From Arenimonas sp. (GTDB taxonomy: Bacteria; Pseudomonadota; Gammaproteobacteria; Xanthomonadales; Xanthomonadaceae), in contig JAPLSJ010000032.1 in assembly GCA_026398695.1 (NCBI GenBank), positions 11,271-75,270 of the forward strand: a stretch of 64,000 nt of DNA. The letters run 5' to 3'. Position 1 is the first letter of the stretch. Each line of letters begins with the position of its first letter. The notes beneath the pieces were generated by a model. It did no database searches, was not told where the DNA came from, and saw only the letters and a program-made list of their open reading frames with translations. A program made the translations under genes and the position numbers. Shown one piece after another: positions 39,629 to 48,903 of the stretch.

Positions 39629-40252
39629 ATGGCCCTCAGCCTGATGCCCACTGCCCGCCGCAGCCGGCCTGCCCCGACCTCCCCCAGTCCGCAGGTCCCG
39701 GCCGCCCGTCTGCCCACCCTTGCCGCACCCCGCATCCAGCTGCGCTGGATGGAAGCCCGCGACCTGGAAGACCTGTACACCGTCTATTCCGACCCCGAGG
39801 TCGTGCGCTACTGGAGCCACACCGCCTGGCCGCACCGCGACGAGGCCAGCATCTACCTGGAGGCCATCGAAAACGGCTTCCAGGCCGGCAGCCTGTTCCA
39901 GTGGGGCATCGCGATGCGCGGCGACGACCGGGTGATCGGCACCGTCACGCTTTACGCGATCGACCACGCCCAGGGGCGCGCCGAGGTCGGCTTCGCGCTG
40001 GCCCGCGACCACTGGGGCCACCGCTATGGGCAAGAGGCCCTGACCGTGCTGCTGGACCACGCCTTCGATGCCCTTTCACTGCGCCGCATCGAAGCCGACG
40101 TGGATCCGCGCAACCTGCCCTCGCTGCGCACGCTCGAAACGCTGGGCTTCCGCCGCGAGGGTTACCTGCGCCAGCGCTGGCAGGTGGCCGGCGAGCTGCA
40201 GGACAGCGTGCTGATGGGCCTGCTGGCCAGCGACTGGCAGGCATCGCGCTGA
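39629..40252 (+). CDS. RimJ/RimL-type GNAT N-acetyltransferase
   Basis: RAEVGFAL, WGHRYG, RRIEADVDPRNLPS, GFRREGYLRQ. Confidence 0.88.
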   Translation: MALSLMPTARRSRPAPTSPSPQVPAARLPTLAAPRIQLRWMEARDLEDLYTVYSDPEVVRYWSHTAWPHRDEASIYLEAIENGFQAGSLFQWGIAMRGDDRVIGTVTLYAIDHAQGRAEVGFALARDHWGHRYGQEALTVLLDHAFDALSLRRIEADVDPRNLPSLRTLETLGFRREGYLRQRWQVAGELQDSVLMGLLASDWQASR

Positions 40253-40277
40253 CGCCACGCCGCGCGGCCATGCCGCG

Positions 40278-40306
40278 TTGACAGCCCCGGGCGACGCGCC
40301 GACCAT
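40278..40306 (+). promoter_or_regulatory. Sigma-70-like promoter of the polyamine-binding protein gene
   Basis: TTGACA-17 nt-GACCAT. Confidence 0.55.
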
Positions 40307-40333
40307 GGTCCAATCCATGAGACGGAGCCACCC

Positions 40334-41479
40334 ATGATCCTGCGCCCGAGCCTGATCGCTTCTGCCCTGCTGCTGGCTGCCTGCAGCGGTTCACCCGAGC
40401 CCGCGCAAACCGGCGCGGCGCCGGCCGAACCCGCCGCCAAGGCGTCGGAAGACCAGGTGGTCTACGTCTTCAACTGGTCGGACTACGTCGCCGAGGACAC
40501 CCTGGCCAACTTCGAGGCCAGCACCGGCATCAAGGTCGTCTACGACACCTACGACGCCAACGAAATGCTGGAGACCAAGCTGCTGGCGGGCGCTTCGGGT
40601 TACGACGTGGTGTTCCCGTCCGCGCGGCCGTTCGCCCAGCGCCACATCCAGGCCGGCGTCTACGCGCCGATCGACAAGGCGGCGCTGGCCAACTACGGCA
40701 ACCTCGACCCGGCGCTGCTCCAGGGCCTGCTCGACGTCGACCCGGGCAATGCCCACACCGTGCCCTACATGTGGGGCACCACTGGCCTGGGCATCAACGT
40801 GGGCAAGGTGCGCGAGGCCCTGGGCCCGGACGTGCCGCTCGATTCCTGGGCGCTGCTGTTCGACCCCGCCAACGCCGCCAAGCTGGCCGAGTGCGGCATC
40901 AGCGTGCTCGACGACGAACAGGAAACCTTCGGCGCGGCGCTGATCTACCGCGGCCGCGACCCCAACGCACTGACCGGCGACGAGACCCAGCTGGTCACCG
41001 ACACCTACGCCGCCGTGCGCCCGCACATCCGCTACTTCAATTCGTCCAAGTACATCGACGACCTCGCCAACGGCGACCTGTGCCTGGTGATGGGCTATTC
41101 GGGCGACGTGTTCCAGGCCGGCGACCGCGCCGAGGAAGCGCAGAACGGCGTCGAGATCCAGTACATCATTCCCAAGGAAGGCGCGCTGCGCTGGTTCGAC
41201 CTGATCGCCATCCCCGCCGATGCGCCGCACAAGGCCAGCGCGCATGCGTTCATCAACTACCTGCTCAAGCCCGAGGTGGCGGCCGGCATCAGCAACTACG
41301 TGGCCTACGCCAGCCCGAACTCAGCCGCAGTGCCGCTGCTGGACCCCGAGATCGCCGGCGACCCGGCGATCTACCCGCCCGCGGACGTGCTGGCCAAGCT
41401 GGTGGACCCGAAGACCTTCTCGCCGGAAGTGACCCGCGAGCGCGTGCGCGCCTGGACCACCATCAAGACCGGTCGCTGA
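40334..41479 (+). CDS. Polyamine ABC transporter substrate-binding lipoprotein (PotF/PotD-like)
   Basis: Lipobox LLAAC; FNWSDY, GYDVVFPS, PYMWGTTG, GYSGD, IPKEGA. Confidence 0.9.
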   Translation: MILRPSLIASALLLAACSGSPEPAQTGAAPAEPAAKASEDQVVYVFNWSDYVAEDTLANFEASTGIKVVYDTYDANEMLETKLLAGASGYDVVFPSARPFAQRHIQAGVYAPIDKAALANYGNLDPALLQGLLDVDPGNAHTVPYMWGTTGLGINVGKVREALGPDVPLDSWALLFDPANAAKLAECGISVLDDEQETFGAALIYRGRDPNALTGDETQLVTDTYAAVRPHIRYFNSSKYIDDLANGDLCLVMGYSGDVFQAGDRAEEAQNGVEIQYIIPKEGALRWFDLIAIPADAPHKASAHAFINYLLKPEVAAGISNYVAYASPNSAAVPLLDPEIAGDPAIYPPADVLAKLVDPKTFSPEVTRERVRAWTTIKTGR

Positions 41480-41496
41480 GCCCCGCTCCCACCGCC

Positions 41497-42123
41497 TCAG
41501 CGCATCGAGCGCGGGGCGATGGCGCGAGAGACGCGCCGGGAATAGACGTACACGGTGGCCGGCGGCACGTTCCACCAGGTGAAGCTGCCGCGGCGCGCAT
41601 TCAGGTCCAGCGCCTCGATCACTTCCTTGGCCACCGGATTGGCCGGGCCGTAGGTGAACTGGACGAACCGGCCCTGCGGCTGCATGCAGTCGAAGGCCGC
41701 GCCCAGGATCGCCTGCTGGGTGGCCTTGGGCATGGACAGCAGGCCCAGGCCGGAAATCACCGCGTCGGCCGGCGCCTCGGGGCCGAAGCCGCGGGCCAGG
41801 GCCAGGCTGGACAGGTCTCGCGCATCGGCACAGGCCACCTGCACCTGCGGGAAATGCCGCTGCAGGTGCTGGTGCAATTCTTCGTTGAGTTCCAGCACCA
41901 GCAGGTCGGCCGGGGCGATGCCGTGGTCGAGCAGCGCCTGGGTGAACACACCGGTGCCGCCGCCGAGCTCGATCACGCGCTTCGCGCCGCGCGGCAGCTC
42001 GGACATCATCTGCCGCGCCAGCTGCGGGCTGGAGGGCGAAATGGCCGCCATGCCCAGCGGGTTCTTCAGCCATTGGCGGAAGAAGGTCCAGCCCTGCGTG
42101 GTGGTGTGTCCGTTTCGACTCAT
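41497..42123 (-). CDS. Phospholipid N-methyltransferase (PmtA-like, Sinorhizobium type)
   Basis: FFRQWLKNP, ISPSS, VIELGGGTG SAM motif, ISGLGL, FVQFTY, NVPPATV. Confidence 0.8.
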   Translation of the reverse strand: MSRNGHTTTQGWTFFRQWLKNPLGMAAISPSSPQLARQMMSELPRGAKRVIELGGGTGVFTQALLDHGIAPADLLVLELNEELHQHLQRHFPQVQVACADARDLSSLALARGFGPEAPADAVISGLGLLSMPKATQQAILGAAFDCMQPQGRFVQFTYGPANPVAKEVIEALDLNARRGSFTWWNVPPATVYVYSRRVSRAIAPRSMR

Positions 42124-42195
42124 GGCGACAGCATAATGCCCCGGTGGGTGTTTCGCGCAGGTTAAGTGCAGCGGGCCGGGCCCGCTGCCCGCCGG

Positions 42196-44331
42196 TCAGT
42201 TCCGGCGCAACTCCCAGCAGCGGTGGATGCGCGGGTTGCGCTCGAAGTCCGGGTCGATCGTGCGCGGGCTGATCTCGGTGCAATGCGCGAACTCGGCCAC
42301 CGCGGCCTCGTCGAGCTTGAAGCGGCGGAAATTGTTCGAGAACAGCAGCAGCCCGTCGGGCGACAGGCGCGAGCAGCAGGCGCGCAGCAGGCGCACATGG
42401 TCGGCCTGGGTGTCGAAGTCCTGCGCCCGCGCCGAGTTGGAGAAGGTGGGCGGGTCGCAGAAGATCAGGTCGTACTGGCCGCGGTCGGCCGCCAGCCAGG
42501 CCATCACGTCGGCCTGCACCCGCTGGTGCAGGCGGCCGGAGGCGCCGTTGAGCGCCAGGTTCTTGCCGGCCCACTCCAGGTAGGTGCCCGAGAGGTCGAC
42601 GCTGGTGGTGGACGCCGCTCCGCCCACCGCGGCGTGCACGCTGGCCGCGCCGGTGTAGGCGAACAGGTTGAGCACGCGCTTGCCGCGCGACTCGCGGCCG
42701 ATGCGCAGGCGGATCGGGCGATGGTCCAGGAACAGGCCGGTGTCGAGGTAATCAAACAGGTTCACCAGCAGCCTGGCCTGGCGTTCGCGCACGTCCACCA
42801 GCTCGCCGCGCTTGTCCATCTGGCCGTACTTGCTGCCGCCCTTGCCGCGGGCGCGGGTCTTGATGGACACGTGGCCCACCGGCACCGCGAACACCTCGCG
42901 CACGGCGTCCAGCAGCTCGCCGAAGCGGCGCCGGCTGTCGGCCTCGGGGATCGTCGCCGGCGCCTCGTATTCCTGCACGTGCACGAAGGTGCGGGCTTCG
43001 CCGCCGTCCTCGAGGTACACGTCCACCGCCGCCGAATATTCCGGCAGGTCGGCGTCGTAGGCGCGCCAGGCGAACACGCCCTCGCGTTCGCGCCACGACT
43101 TGAAGCGCTTGAGGTTCTTGCGCAGCCGGTTGGCCACCATCTGCGCGCCTTCCGACAGCGGCTTGGCCTCGCGCGGCTCGCGCGCGGGCGGCTGCACCGG
43201 GTCGCACACCACCAGCGCGCACTCGAGCGCGCCGTTGAAGAAGGCGTAGCGCTTGGCGGCGCGCAGGCCGCTGGCCTGGGCCAGTTCGTCGGAGCCGCAC
43301 AGCAGCACCGCGCGCCATTCCGGCACGGCGCGCTTGAGGGCGTCGCCCAGTTCGCGATAAAGCTCGGCGTCGGCCGCGAGGCGGGCGTTGTAGGGCGGGT
43401 TGCAGACCACCAGCCCGCGCGCGATGCCCGGCGCCTTGAGCGCCGACACCGGCGCACGGTCGAAGCGGATCAGTTCGGCGATGCCCGCGCGGTCGGCGTT
43501 GGCCACCGCCGAATGCAGCGACGCCGGGTCGACGTCGGCGCCAAAGAACACCGGCCGCAGCGCGGCCCGGCCGACCTCGGCGCGCTGGCGCGCCTCGGCT
43601 TCGATGCGGTTCCACAGGTCTTCGTCGAACGGCTTCCAGCGCGTGGGCAGCGTGCCCTTGAGCCGGTGCAGGCCCGGCGCCACGTCGGCGGCCATCAGCG
43701 CGCCTTCGATCAGCAGCGTGCCGCTGCCGCACATCGGGTCGAGCAGCGCGCCGCCTTCGGCGTAGAGCTTCTGCCAGCCGCCGCGCACCAGCATGGCCGC
43801 GGCGAGGTTTTCCTTCAGCGGGGCCTCGCCCTGCGACTGGCGCCAGCCGCGGCGGTGCAGCGAGCCGCCGCCGATGTCGATCGAGACGATGGCGCGGCCC
43901 TTGCGCACCACCAGGCTCACGCGCAGGTCGGGCGCTTCGGTGTCCACCGACGGACGCACGCCGTTGGCCGCGCGCATGCGGTCGACAATGGCGTCCTTGG
44001 TGCGCTGGGCGGCGTAGCGTTCGTGCGTCAGCGCCGGGCCCGACACGTGGGCGTCCACCGACAGCGTGCCTTCGGCCGCCAGGTGTTCGTTCCAGTCGAT
44101 GGCGTGCACGCCCTGGTAGAGGTCGTTCTCGTTGGCGCAGTCGAACTCGGCCAGCGGCCACAGCACGCGGCTGGCCAGGCGCGAGAACATGACGGCGCGG
44201 TAGGCGGCCTCGGGCTCGCCCTCGGCGTTGGCGCCGGCCAGCGCGGCGGTGGACTTGCTGGCGCCCAGGGCGACCAGTTCGTCGGCCAGCAGGTACTCCA
44301 GGCCCTTGGCGCAGGCGACGAAGAACTTCAT
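42196..44331 (-). CDS. rlmKL: Bifunctional 23S rRNA methyltransferase RlmKL
   Basis: THUMP domain, [21 protein letters not shown]; second MTase [27 protein letters not shown]. Confidence 0.95.
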   Translation of the reverse strand: MKFFVACAKGLEYLLADELVALGASKSTAALAGANAEGEPEAAYRAVMFSRLASRVLWPLAEFDCANENDLYQGVHAIDWNEHLAAEGTLSVDAHVSGPALTHERYAAQRTKDAIVDRMRAANGVRPSVDTEAPDLRVSLVVRKGRAIVSIDIGGGSLHRRGWRQSQGEAPLKENLAAAMLVRGGWQKLYAEGGALLDPMCGSGTLLIEGALMAADVAPGLHRLKGTLPTRWKPFDEDLWNRIEAEARQRAEVGRAALRPVFFGADVDPASLHSAVANADRAGIAELIRFDRAPVSALKAPGIARGLVVCNPPYNARLAADAELYRELGDALKRAVPEWRAVLLCGSDELAQASGLRAAKRYAFFNGALECALVVCDPVQPPAREPREAKPLSEGAQMVANRLRKNLKRFKSWREREGVFAWRAYDADLPEYSAAVDVYLEDGGEARTFVHVQEYEAPATIPEADSRRRFGELLDAVREVFAVPVGHVSIKTRARGKGGSKYGQMDKRGELVDVRERQARLLVNLFDYLDTGLFLDHRPIRLRIGRESRGKRVLNLFAYTGAASVHAAVGGAASTTSVDLSGTYLEWAGKNLALNGASGRLHQRVQADVMAWLAADRGQYDLIFCDPPTFSNSARAQDFDTQADHVRLLRACCSRLSPDGLLLFSNNFRRFKLDEAAVAEFAHCTEISPRTIDPDFERNPRIHRCWELRRN

Positions 44332-44849
44332 GGCGCCAGCAACTGCAGGAAGCGGCCGAACTCTTCGGCGCAGAACTCCACGTGCGCCGCCAGCCGATGG
44401 CTGTCGGGCACCAGCACCAGGGTGTCCTGCCGGCGCTGGGCCCAGCGCACCACGTCCATGGCCGGTATCAGTTCGTCTTCCCAGCCGTGCACGATGCGGG
44501 TGGGCACCATCGCGGCCTTGAGATAGCGCGGCTCGGCGTCGAGCGCGATCGGCGGGGCCATCAGGAACAGGCCGTCCACGTGGACCTCGCGCGAGACGTG
44601 CGCGGAAATGTAGGCGCCCATGCTGGAACCGGCCAGCACCAGCGGCCGCCGTTCGCACAGGTGGGCGCGGGCGCCGAGGCGCAGGATGCGGCCGGCGACG
44701 TCGCCCAGCGGGCCGAGCACGTCGAGGTCGCGGTAGTCGGGGCGTTCATGGGTCCAGCCCATCTGCCCGGCCATGCGCGCCAGCGCGGCGGCCTTGCTGG
44801 CGTCGGGGCCGCTTTCCAGCCCGTGCGAAATGATGACGTGGCCGGTCAT
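44328..44849 (-). CDS. Alpha/beta hydrolase (YqiA/YcfP-like)
   Basis: [13 protein letters not shown] nucleophile elbow, HGWEDE, SHRL; ATGA overlaps on both sides. Confidence 0.85.
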   Translation of the reverse strand: MTGHVIISHGLESGPDASKAAALARMAGQMGWTHERPDYRDLDVLGPLGDVAGRILRLGARAHLCERRPLVLAGSSMGAYISAHVSREVHVDGLFLMAPPIALDAEPRYLKAAMVPTRIVHGWEDELIPAMDVVRWAQRRQDTLVLVPDSHRLAAHVEFCAEEFGRFLQLLAP

Positions 44850-45352
44850 GCCGGTTCGTCCGCCAGGGCCACCAGCTCGTCGCCGACGGCGATCACGCCG
44901 TCGCTCAGCACGCGCGCGCACAGGCCGCCGTGGCCGCGCATCGCGTTGTAGCCGCCCGGTCCGAGCGCGGCCTCCATGCGTGAACACGGGTCGCAGGGCT
45001 GGGTGCCCTCGAACACCGCCTGGCCGATGCGGAAGCGCCGGCCCTTGAGCGCCACCAGCGGAATGCCCGACACCACGACATTGCGGCGAAGCAGCGCCGC
45101 AGGCACCTCGGCAAGGCCGCCGAGCGCGGCGATGGCCGGCAGGTGCTCGGCCTGGATCAGGGTGATGCCGCGCTTGCCGCTGCCGCTGCCGTAGCGGTCG
45201 CCCACCAGGCCCTTGCCGGCGATGACCTGCGCCTGGCGGACTTCGACCATGGGCACGTCGCGGGCGGGGCGCAGGCCGATCCACTGGACCTGCCCGGCGC
45301 GCGGCAAGGTGGCCATCAGGGCGCCAAGCGCGGAGTCGGCGGAAAGGGGCAT
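44846..45352 (-). CDS. MOSC domain protein
   Basis: GLVGDR, ITLIQAE, LRRNVVV, PCDPCSRME, GHGGLCARV. Confidence 0.88.
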   Translation of the reverse strand: MPLSADSALGALMATLPRAGQVQWIGLRPARDVPMVEVRQAQVIAGKGLVGDRYGSGSGKRGITLIQAEHLPAIAALGGLAEVPAALLRRNVVVSGIPLVALKGRRFRIGQAVFEGTQPCDPCSRMEAALGPGGYNAMRGHGGLCARVLSDGVIAVGDELVALADEPA

Positions 45353-45377
45353 GTTTCGGGGCTCCGGAATGGCCGCG

Positions 45378-45387
45378 ATGTTAGCAT
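45378..45387. promoter_or_regulatory. Candidate bidirectional extended -10 promoter
   Basis: ATGTTAGCAT reads TGtTAGCAT on + and TGcTAACAT on -, inside a 41-nt divergent gap. Confidence 0.55.
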
Positions 45388-45393
45388 GCGGCC

Positions 45394-45969
45394 ATGATCG
45401 CCGACCTGCCGCCCGACCCCGCGATGCACCTCTGGCCCCTGCCCTACGAGGAGCGGCTGGAGGCACGGCCCACGGCGCGGATCGACCTGGTGGTGATCCA
45501 CTGCACCGAACTGCCCGACCTGGCCATGGCCCGCGAGTTCGGCGAGCGCGAAGTGCACGCCAGCGGCACCGGCAACAGCGGCCACTACTACATCGACCGC
45601 GACGGCAGCATCCACGTGTTCGTGGCGCCCGGACGGATGGCGCACCACACCCGCGGCTTCAACGAGCGCTCGGTCGGCATCGAGCTGGTGAACACCGGCC
45701 GCTTCCCCGACTGGCTCGACACCCGCCACCAGGCCATGGACGAGCCCTACACCGACGCCCAGGTCGCCGCCCTGGTGACCCTGCTCAACGCGCTGCGCCG
45801 GGAGATCCCGACGCTGGAGTTCATCGCCGGCCACGAGGACCTCGACCGGGACACCGTGCCCGCCAGCGACGACCCCGCCCGGCGCGTGTCGCGCAAGCGC
45901 GATCCCGGGCCGCGCTTCCCCTGGTCGCGCGTGCTCGACGAAACGCCGCTGGTCCGCATCCGACCCTGA
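45394..45969 (+). CDS. N-acetylmuramoyl-L-alanine amidase (Amidase_2, AmpD/AmiD-like)
   Basis: VVIHCT, HYYIDRDG, AHH, SVGIEL, GHEDL, KRDPGPRFPW. Confidence 0.9.
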   Translation: MIADLPPDPAMHLWPLPYEERLEARPTARIDLVVIHCTELPDLAMAREFGEREVHASGTGNSGHYYIDRDGSIHVFVAPGRMAHHTRGFNERSVGIELVNTGRFPDWLDTRHQAMDEPYTDAQVAALVTLLNALRREIPTLEFIAGHEDLDRDTVPASDDPARRVSRKRDPGPRFPWSRVLDETPLVRIRP

Positions 45970-46031
45970 ACCGTCGCGCCGGGTCACCGCCGCGCCCGGT
46001 CTATAATCCGGGACTGAATCCCGGAGTTCCC

Positions 46032-46913
46032 ATGACCGCATCCGTCGCCGCCGAGCTGGTGGACCTGCTGACCCTCGAGCGCCTCGAGGAAAACCTGTTC
46101 CGCGGGCAAAGCCGCGACATCGGCACCAAGTACGTGTTCGGCGGCCAGGTGCTGGGCCAGGCCCTGTCCGCGGCGCAGCAGACGGTGGACCCCGCGCGCC
46201 ACGTGCACTCCATCCACGCCTACTTCCTGCGCGCCGGCGACGTCGAGCATCCCATCGTGTACGACGTCGACCGCTCGCGCGACGGCAACAGCTTCTCGGT
46301 GCGGCGCGTCACCGCCATCCAGCACGGCAAGCCGATCTTCGTGTTCGCGTCCTCCTTCCAGGACGACGAACCCGGCAACGAACACCAGCTGACCATGCCC
46401 GAAGTGCCGCGCCCCGAGGACATCGAACCGGTGGCCGCGCCTTCGGCCGAACAGCTGGCGCAGCTGCCGCCCAAGGCCCAGCGCTGGCTGTCGCGCATGG
46501 GCCCGTTCGAGATCCGGCCGGTGTACCCGCGCGACGAGCTCAAGCCGCCCAAGCGGCCGCCGTTCCAGCAGGTGTGGTTCAAGCTCAACGGCCACGTCGG
46601 CGATTCGCCGGTGCTGCACCAGGCGCTGCTGGCCTACGCGTCGGACTTCCACCTGCTGGGCACCGCCACGTTCCCGCACGGCATCAGCTACTACCAGCCG
46701 AACGTGCAGATGGCCTCGCTCGACCACGCGATGTGGTTCCACCGCCCGTTCCGCGCCGACGAATGGCTGCTCTATTCCATCGACAGCCCCAGCGCCCAGG
46801 GCGCGCGCGGCCTGTCGCGCGGGCAGATCTTCACCCGCGAGGGCAAGCTGGTGGCGTCCACCGCGCAGGAAGGCCTGATCCGCGTGTTGCCCGAAGACAA
46901 GGGAGGCCACTGA
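46032..46913 (+). CDS. tesB: Acyl-CoA thioesterase II
   Basis: VFGGQVLGQAL, HSIHAYF, RDGNSFSVRRV, LAYASD, ASLDHAMWFH, AQEGL; TATAAT at 46002 and GGAG RBS. Confidence 0.95.
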   Translation: MTASVAAELVDLLTLERLEENLFRGQSRDIGTKYVFGGQVLGQALSAAQQTVDPARHVHSIHAYFLRAGDVEHPIVYDVDRSRDGNSFSVRRVTAIQHGKPIFVFASSFQDDEPGNEHQLTMPEVPRPEDIEPVAAPSAEQLAQLPPKAQRWLSRMGPFEIRPVYPRDELKPPKRPPFQQVWFKLNGHVGDSPVLHQALLAYASDFHLLGTATFPHGISYYQPNVQMASLDHAMWFHRPFRADEWLLYSIDSPSAQGARGLSRGQIFTREGKLVASTAQEGLIRVLPEDKGGH

Positions 46914-47311
46914 TGCGCCAGGTATTCACGTCGGTGCGGCTGGAAAACGTCGAGCGCGTCGAGAAGATGCTCAACGACGCCGGCATCGCCACCAAGGTCA
47001 ACCAGGGCCGCAGCTGGAAGGGCGTGAGCCGCCGCGAGTTCAGCTACAGCAACAAGAACCACGACCCGAGCCAGCAGCCGTCGCTGTGGGTGATCAGCCC
47101 CGAGGATTTCAAGAAGGCGCGCGAGATACTGCACGACGCCGGCCTGCTGGAAGCCACGCGCGACGCGTCCTACCTGCCCGAGCACCTGCAGTTCGGCGGG
47201 AAGCGCGACGCCTCCCCGCTGGCCAAGGTGTCGCGCCTGCGCATGGCGCTGCTGTTCATCGTCGCCCTGGTGGCGGCCGGCCTGGTCGTGCGGGCAGCGC
47301 TGGGCGGATGA
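46913..47311 (+). CDS. Conserved-looking small protein with C-terminal TM (resembles the Xanthomonadales pathogenicity-like protein)
   Basis: TGATG overlap with tesB, GGAGG RBS; MRQVFTSVRLENVE N-terminus. Family call is from memory. Confidence 0.7.
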   Translation: MRQVFTSVRLENVERVEKMLNDAGIATKVNQGRSWKGVSRREFSYSNKNHDPSQQPSLWVISPEDFKKAREILHDAGLLEATRDASYLPEHLQFGGKRDASPLAKVSRLRMALLFIVALVAAGLVVRAALGG

Positions 47312-48771
47312 CCGGCACGGACCTGCCGGCACGCGCGGCCTGGTGGTTCGGCGCCTGCGACCACGCCACCGCCGCCGACCTGCACCGGCGCTCGGTGCTG
47401 CTGCTGGGCGTGGACGAGGCCGGCGACGCCCTCGCGCGCTTCGAGAACGACCTGCACCCCGGCGATCGGGTGGTTGCCGGTGACCGCGACCAGGCGCGGC
47501 TGCTCGTTGGCGAAGTGGACGGCGACGCCCTGCGGCGGCCGGGCATCCACCGGCTCGATGCGCTGCGCTCGGTGCGCTGGCTGGCCGACGTGGCGGACGC
47601 CGATGCCGACCCTGCCCTGCTGGCCGCCCTGCGCACCGCGGCGCCGGTCTCGCGCCTGGACGATGCCTGCGGCGCCGCCATCGAATCGCTGCTGTCGCGC
47701 CACGCCCCGGTCGACGCGGCCCCGCTGCGCTTCGAGATCGACTGCCGGCCGCCGCCGATCGTGCTGCCTTGGCTGCCGAGCCTGTACCAGTCGCCGCACG
47801 CCGAACGCGTCCTGCGCGAGTTCCGCTGGCGCGAGTACCTGATCGCCAATCCGGATGTCGCCCAGGCCTGCGGGGACGAGGCCGCGGCGTTCAGCCATTT
47901 TTTCCACCAGGGCTACTACGAGCGCCGGATCTTCGACCCGCAGCGCCTGTCCGGCTTCGACCCGGGCTACTACCGCGAGCGGTATCCGGAGCTGGCGCTC
48001 ACCAGCGACGCCGAGGCCCAGGTGCACTACTGCTACGCGGGCTGGTACGAACACCGCGTGCCCAACCGCGACACCGCCTGGCTGCACGAAGCCGACCTGC
48101 ACGTGTTCCAGATGGGCAAGGTGGGCTCGCACGCCATCGCTTCGGCGCTGCAGGCATCGGGCTACCCGGGGCGGGTGCTGCACCTGCACTGGGTCACCGA
48201 CGTCGTCACCGGCTATCCGTCCAACCGCCTGCCCTACGCCAACCTGCTGGTGCACGCGCGGGAACGGCCGGTGAAGGTGATTTCGGCGGCGCGCGAAATC
48301 ATCTCCTGGACGCTGTCGAGCCTGTTCCAGTACCACGGCAGCGGCGTCGCCAATCCGGTGGACGCGGTGGCGATGGTGGAGGAGCGCTTCTGGCAGCTGT
48401 GCCGCAATGGCCTGGACTGGTTCGACCACCGCTATTTCTGCGGCCTGGACGTCTACGCCCATCCCTTCGACCACGACGCCGGCTGCACGCGCATCGCCCA
48501 CGGCGGCATCGACCTGCTGGTCTATCGGCAGGAGGACCTGCCCCGGCTCGAGGCACCGCTGGCCGAGTTCATGGCGCTGGACGGATTTTCACTGTCCAAC
48601 CAAAACGTCGGCGGCGACAAGGGTTACTCCGGCGTGTACGCGCAGGTGATGCGTGAGTTCCGCCTGCCAGGCCACCTGCTGGCGCCGATCTACGACTCCC
48701 CGTACATGCGCCATTTCTACAGCGACGCCGAGCGTGAACGCGGCTACGCGCGCTGGGTGCGCCGGGACTGA
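47308..48771 (+). CDS. Hypothetical protein with putative capsular polysaccharide synthesis (NKWYS / sulfotransferase-like) domain
   Basis: ATGA overlap; FQMGKVGS, KVISAARE...LSSLFQ, DVYAHPFD, NVGGDKGY, YMRHFYS. Confidence 0.65.
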   Translation: MTGTDLPARAAWWFGACDHATAADLHRRSVLLLGVDEAGDALARFENDLHPGDRVVAGDRDQARLLVGEVDGDALRRPGIHRLDALRSVRWLADVADADADPALLAALRTAAPVSRLDDACGAAIESLLSRHAPVDAAPLRFEIDCRPPPIVLPWLPSLYQSPHAERVLREFRWREYLIANPDVAQACGDEAAAFSHFFHQGYYERRIFDPQRLSGFDPGYYRERYPELALTSDAEAQVHYCYAGWYEHRVPNRDTAWLHEADLHVFQMGKVGSHAIASALQASGYPGRVLHLHWVTDVVTGYPSNRLPYANLLVHARERPVKVISAAREIISWTLSSLFQYHGSGVANPVDAVAMVEERFWQLCRNGLDWFDHRYFCGLDVYAHPFDHDAGCTRIAHGGIDLLVYRQEDLPRLEAPLAEFMALDGFSLSNQNVGGDKGYSGVYAQVMREFRLPGHLLAPIYDSPYMRHFYSDAERERGYARWVRRD

Positions 48772-48903
48772 ACGGCAGCGGGCGTCGCGCCCGTCGTGAC
48801 AAACGTGAACGGAAAAACGCCGCGGGGAAAGGCTCCCGCTGCGGTTGAGGCGGGCCCGGGTGCGTGCCAGTATCGGGACGTCGAAACTTCGGAGCACGCC
48901 GCC

